Shown: positions 63,289 through 64,000 of the stretch, one piece after another
How positions within the stretch are numbered: the stretch's first letter is position 1
Layout: each line of letters begins with the position of its first letter
DNA from: an uncultured Candidatus Saccharibacteria bacterium
GTDB taxonomy: Bacteria; Patescibacteriota; Saccharimonadia; Saccharimonadales; AWTP1-31
Reading direction: 5' to 3'
DNA: 64,000 bases
NCBI GenBank assembly: GCA_937903325.1
Contig: CALCZR010000058.1
Span: 1,034-65,033, forward strand
Position numbers and translations under genes: made by a program
Notes under the pieces: model-generated
What the model saw: the letters and a program-made list of their open reading frames with translations, nothing else
Told to the model about the DNA's origin: nothing
Database searches by the model: none

Positions 63289-63714
63289 TTAGCGCCGCTT
63301 TTGTCGGCGTAGACCTGCTACTTGCAGCCGAACCGCTTGGCGATCTACTAGGTTCTGGGCATGTTGCAAAGAAATAGTGTCCTTAGCTTCACGACGGAGA
63401 TTCTGGGCATGTTCAAAGGCCTTCTGAGCTTCTGCTTCGTTGATCTCGTCTTCTCGGTCAGCTTCATCTACCAGTACTCGCACTTTGTTATCGGCAATTT
63501 CAATAACACCACCATTAGTGGCGAAGTATTCTAGCTTAGTGTCTGGGTCGCCTTGCTTGCGACGGACACTAATAATACCAGGACTAGCGATACTGACGAG
63601 CGGCATGTGGTTAGGGAATACAGCAATGTAGCCATCTGCTGTTGGCAGCACTACTTCATAGACTTCTTCACCAAACTTAGCACCATCTAGAGTTACGAGT
63701 TCGAAGGTAATCAT
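63289..63714 (-). CDS. atpC: F0F1 ATP synthase subunit epsilon
   Basis: N-terminal beta-sandwich pattern (VLPTADGYIAVFPNHMPL), a helical C terminus, and a position directly downstream of atpD. Confidence 0.88.
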   Translation of the reverse strand: MITFELVTLDGAKFGEEVYEVVLPTADGYIAVFPNHMPLVSIASPGIISVRRKQGDPDTKLEYFATNGGVIEIADNKVRVLVDEADREDEINEAEAQKAFEHAQNLRREAKDTISLQHAQNLVDRQAVRLQVAGLRRQKRR

Positions 63715-63716
63715 AT

Positions 63717-64000
<284 letters not shown>

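Overview
This is bacterial DNA using the standard code: TGA serves as a stop at dnaX and at the response regulator. Genes are tightly packed with many 1-4 nt stop/start overlaps. The gene content suggests a small-genome, Gram-positive-like lineage, possibly Patescibacteria/Saccharibacteria; that is inference only.

Flanks (housekeeping):
- Left, 1-16.6 kb: dnaX (5' truncated by the window edge), dnaB, ybaB, recR, a DHH phosphoesterase, cysS, two GT4 glycosyltransferases, an AI-2E-type permease, a VanY-like peptidase and a PBP5-like peptidase.
- Right, 45-64 kb: a sigma/anti-sigma pair, a two-component system, a terpenoid module, Fur, NDH-2, a UvrD-type helicase-nuclease, an aquaporin, atpC and a partial atpD.

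Centre (about 16.7-44.2 kb): this reads as an integrated conjugative element at the 3' end of tRNA-Gln(UUG). It carries:
- a large serine recombinase abutting and reading antisense through the tRNA;
- a Replic_Relax-like protein and a DUF3768 protein;
- a Gram-positive-type type IV secretion cluster (two pilin-like proteins, VirB6-like, PrgI/VirB3-like, a two-ORF VirB4, a CHAP hydrolase and a coupling ATPase);
- a long cargo operon of small-molecule-modifying enzymes;
- two about 100-nt direct repeats at the far end. Their last 16 nt resemble the tRNA 3' end (14/16 and 13/16 by hand count), and each is followed by an orphan plus-strand terminator.

The second notable locus is at 53.3-56.3 kb. 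It is a fusion protein with a class II cyclase DLDDTA motif plus a domain with two DDxxD motifs, translationally coupled to a polyprenyl synthase, directly after a histidine kinase.

All family calls rest on motifs read by eye. No database search was run.
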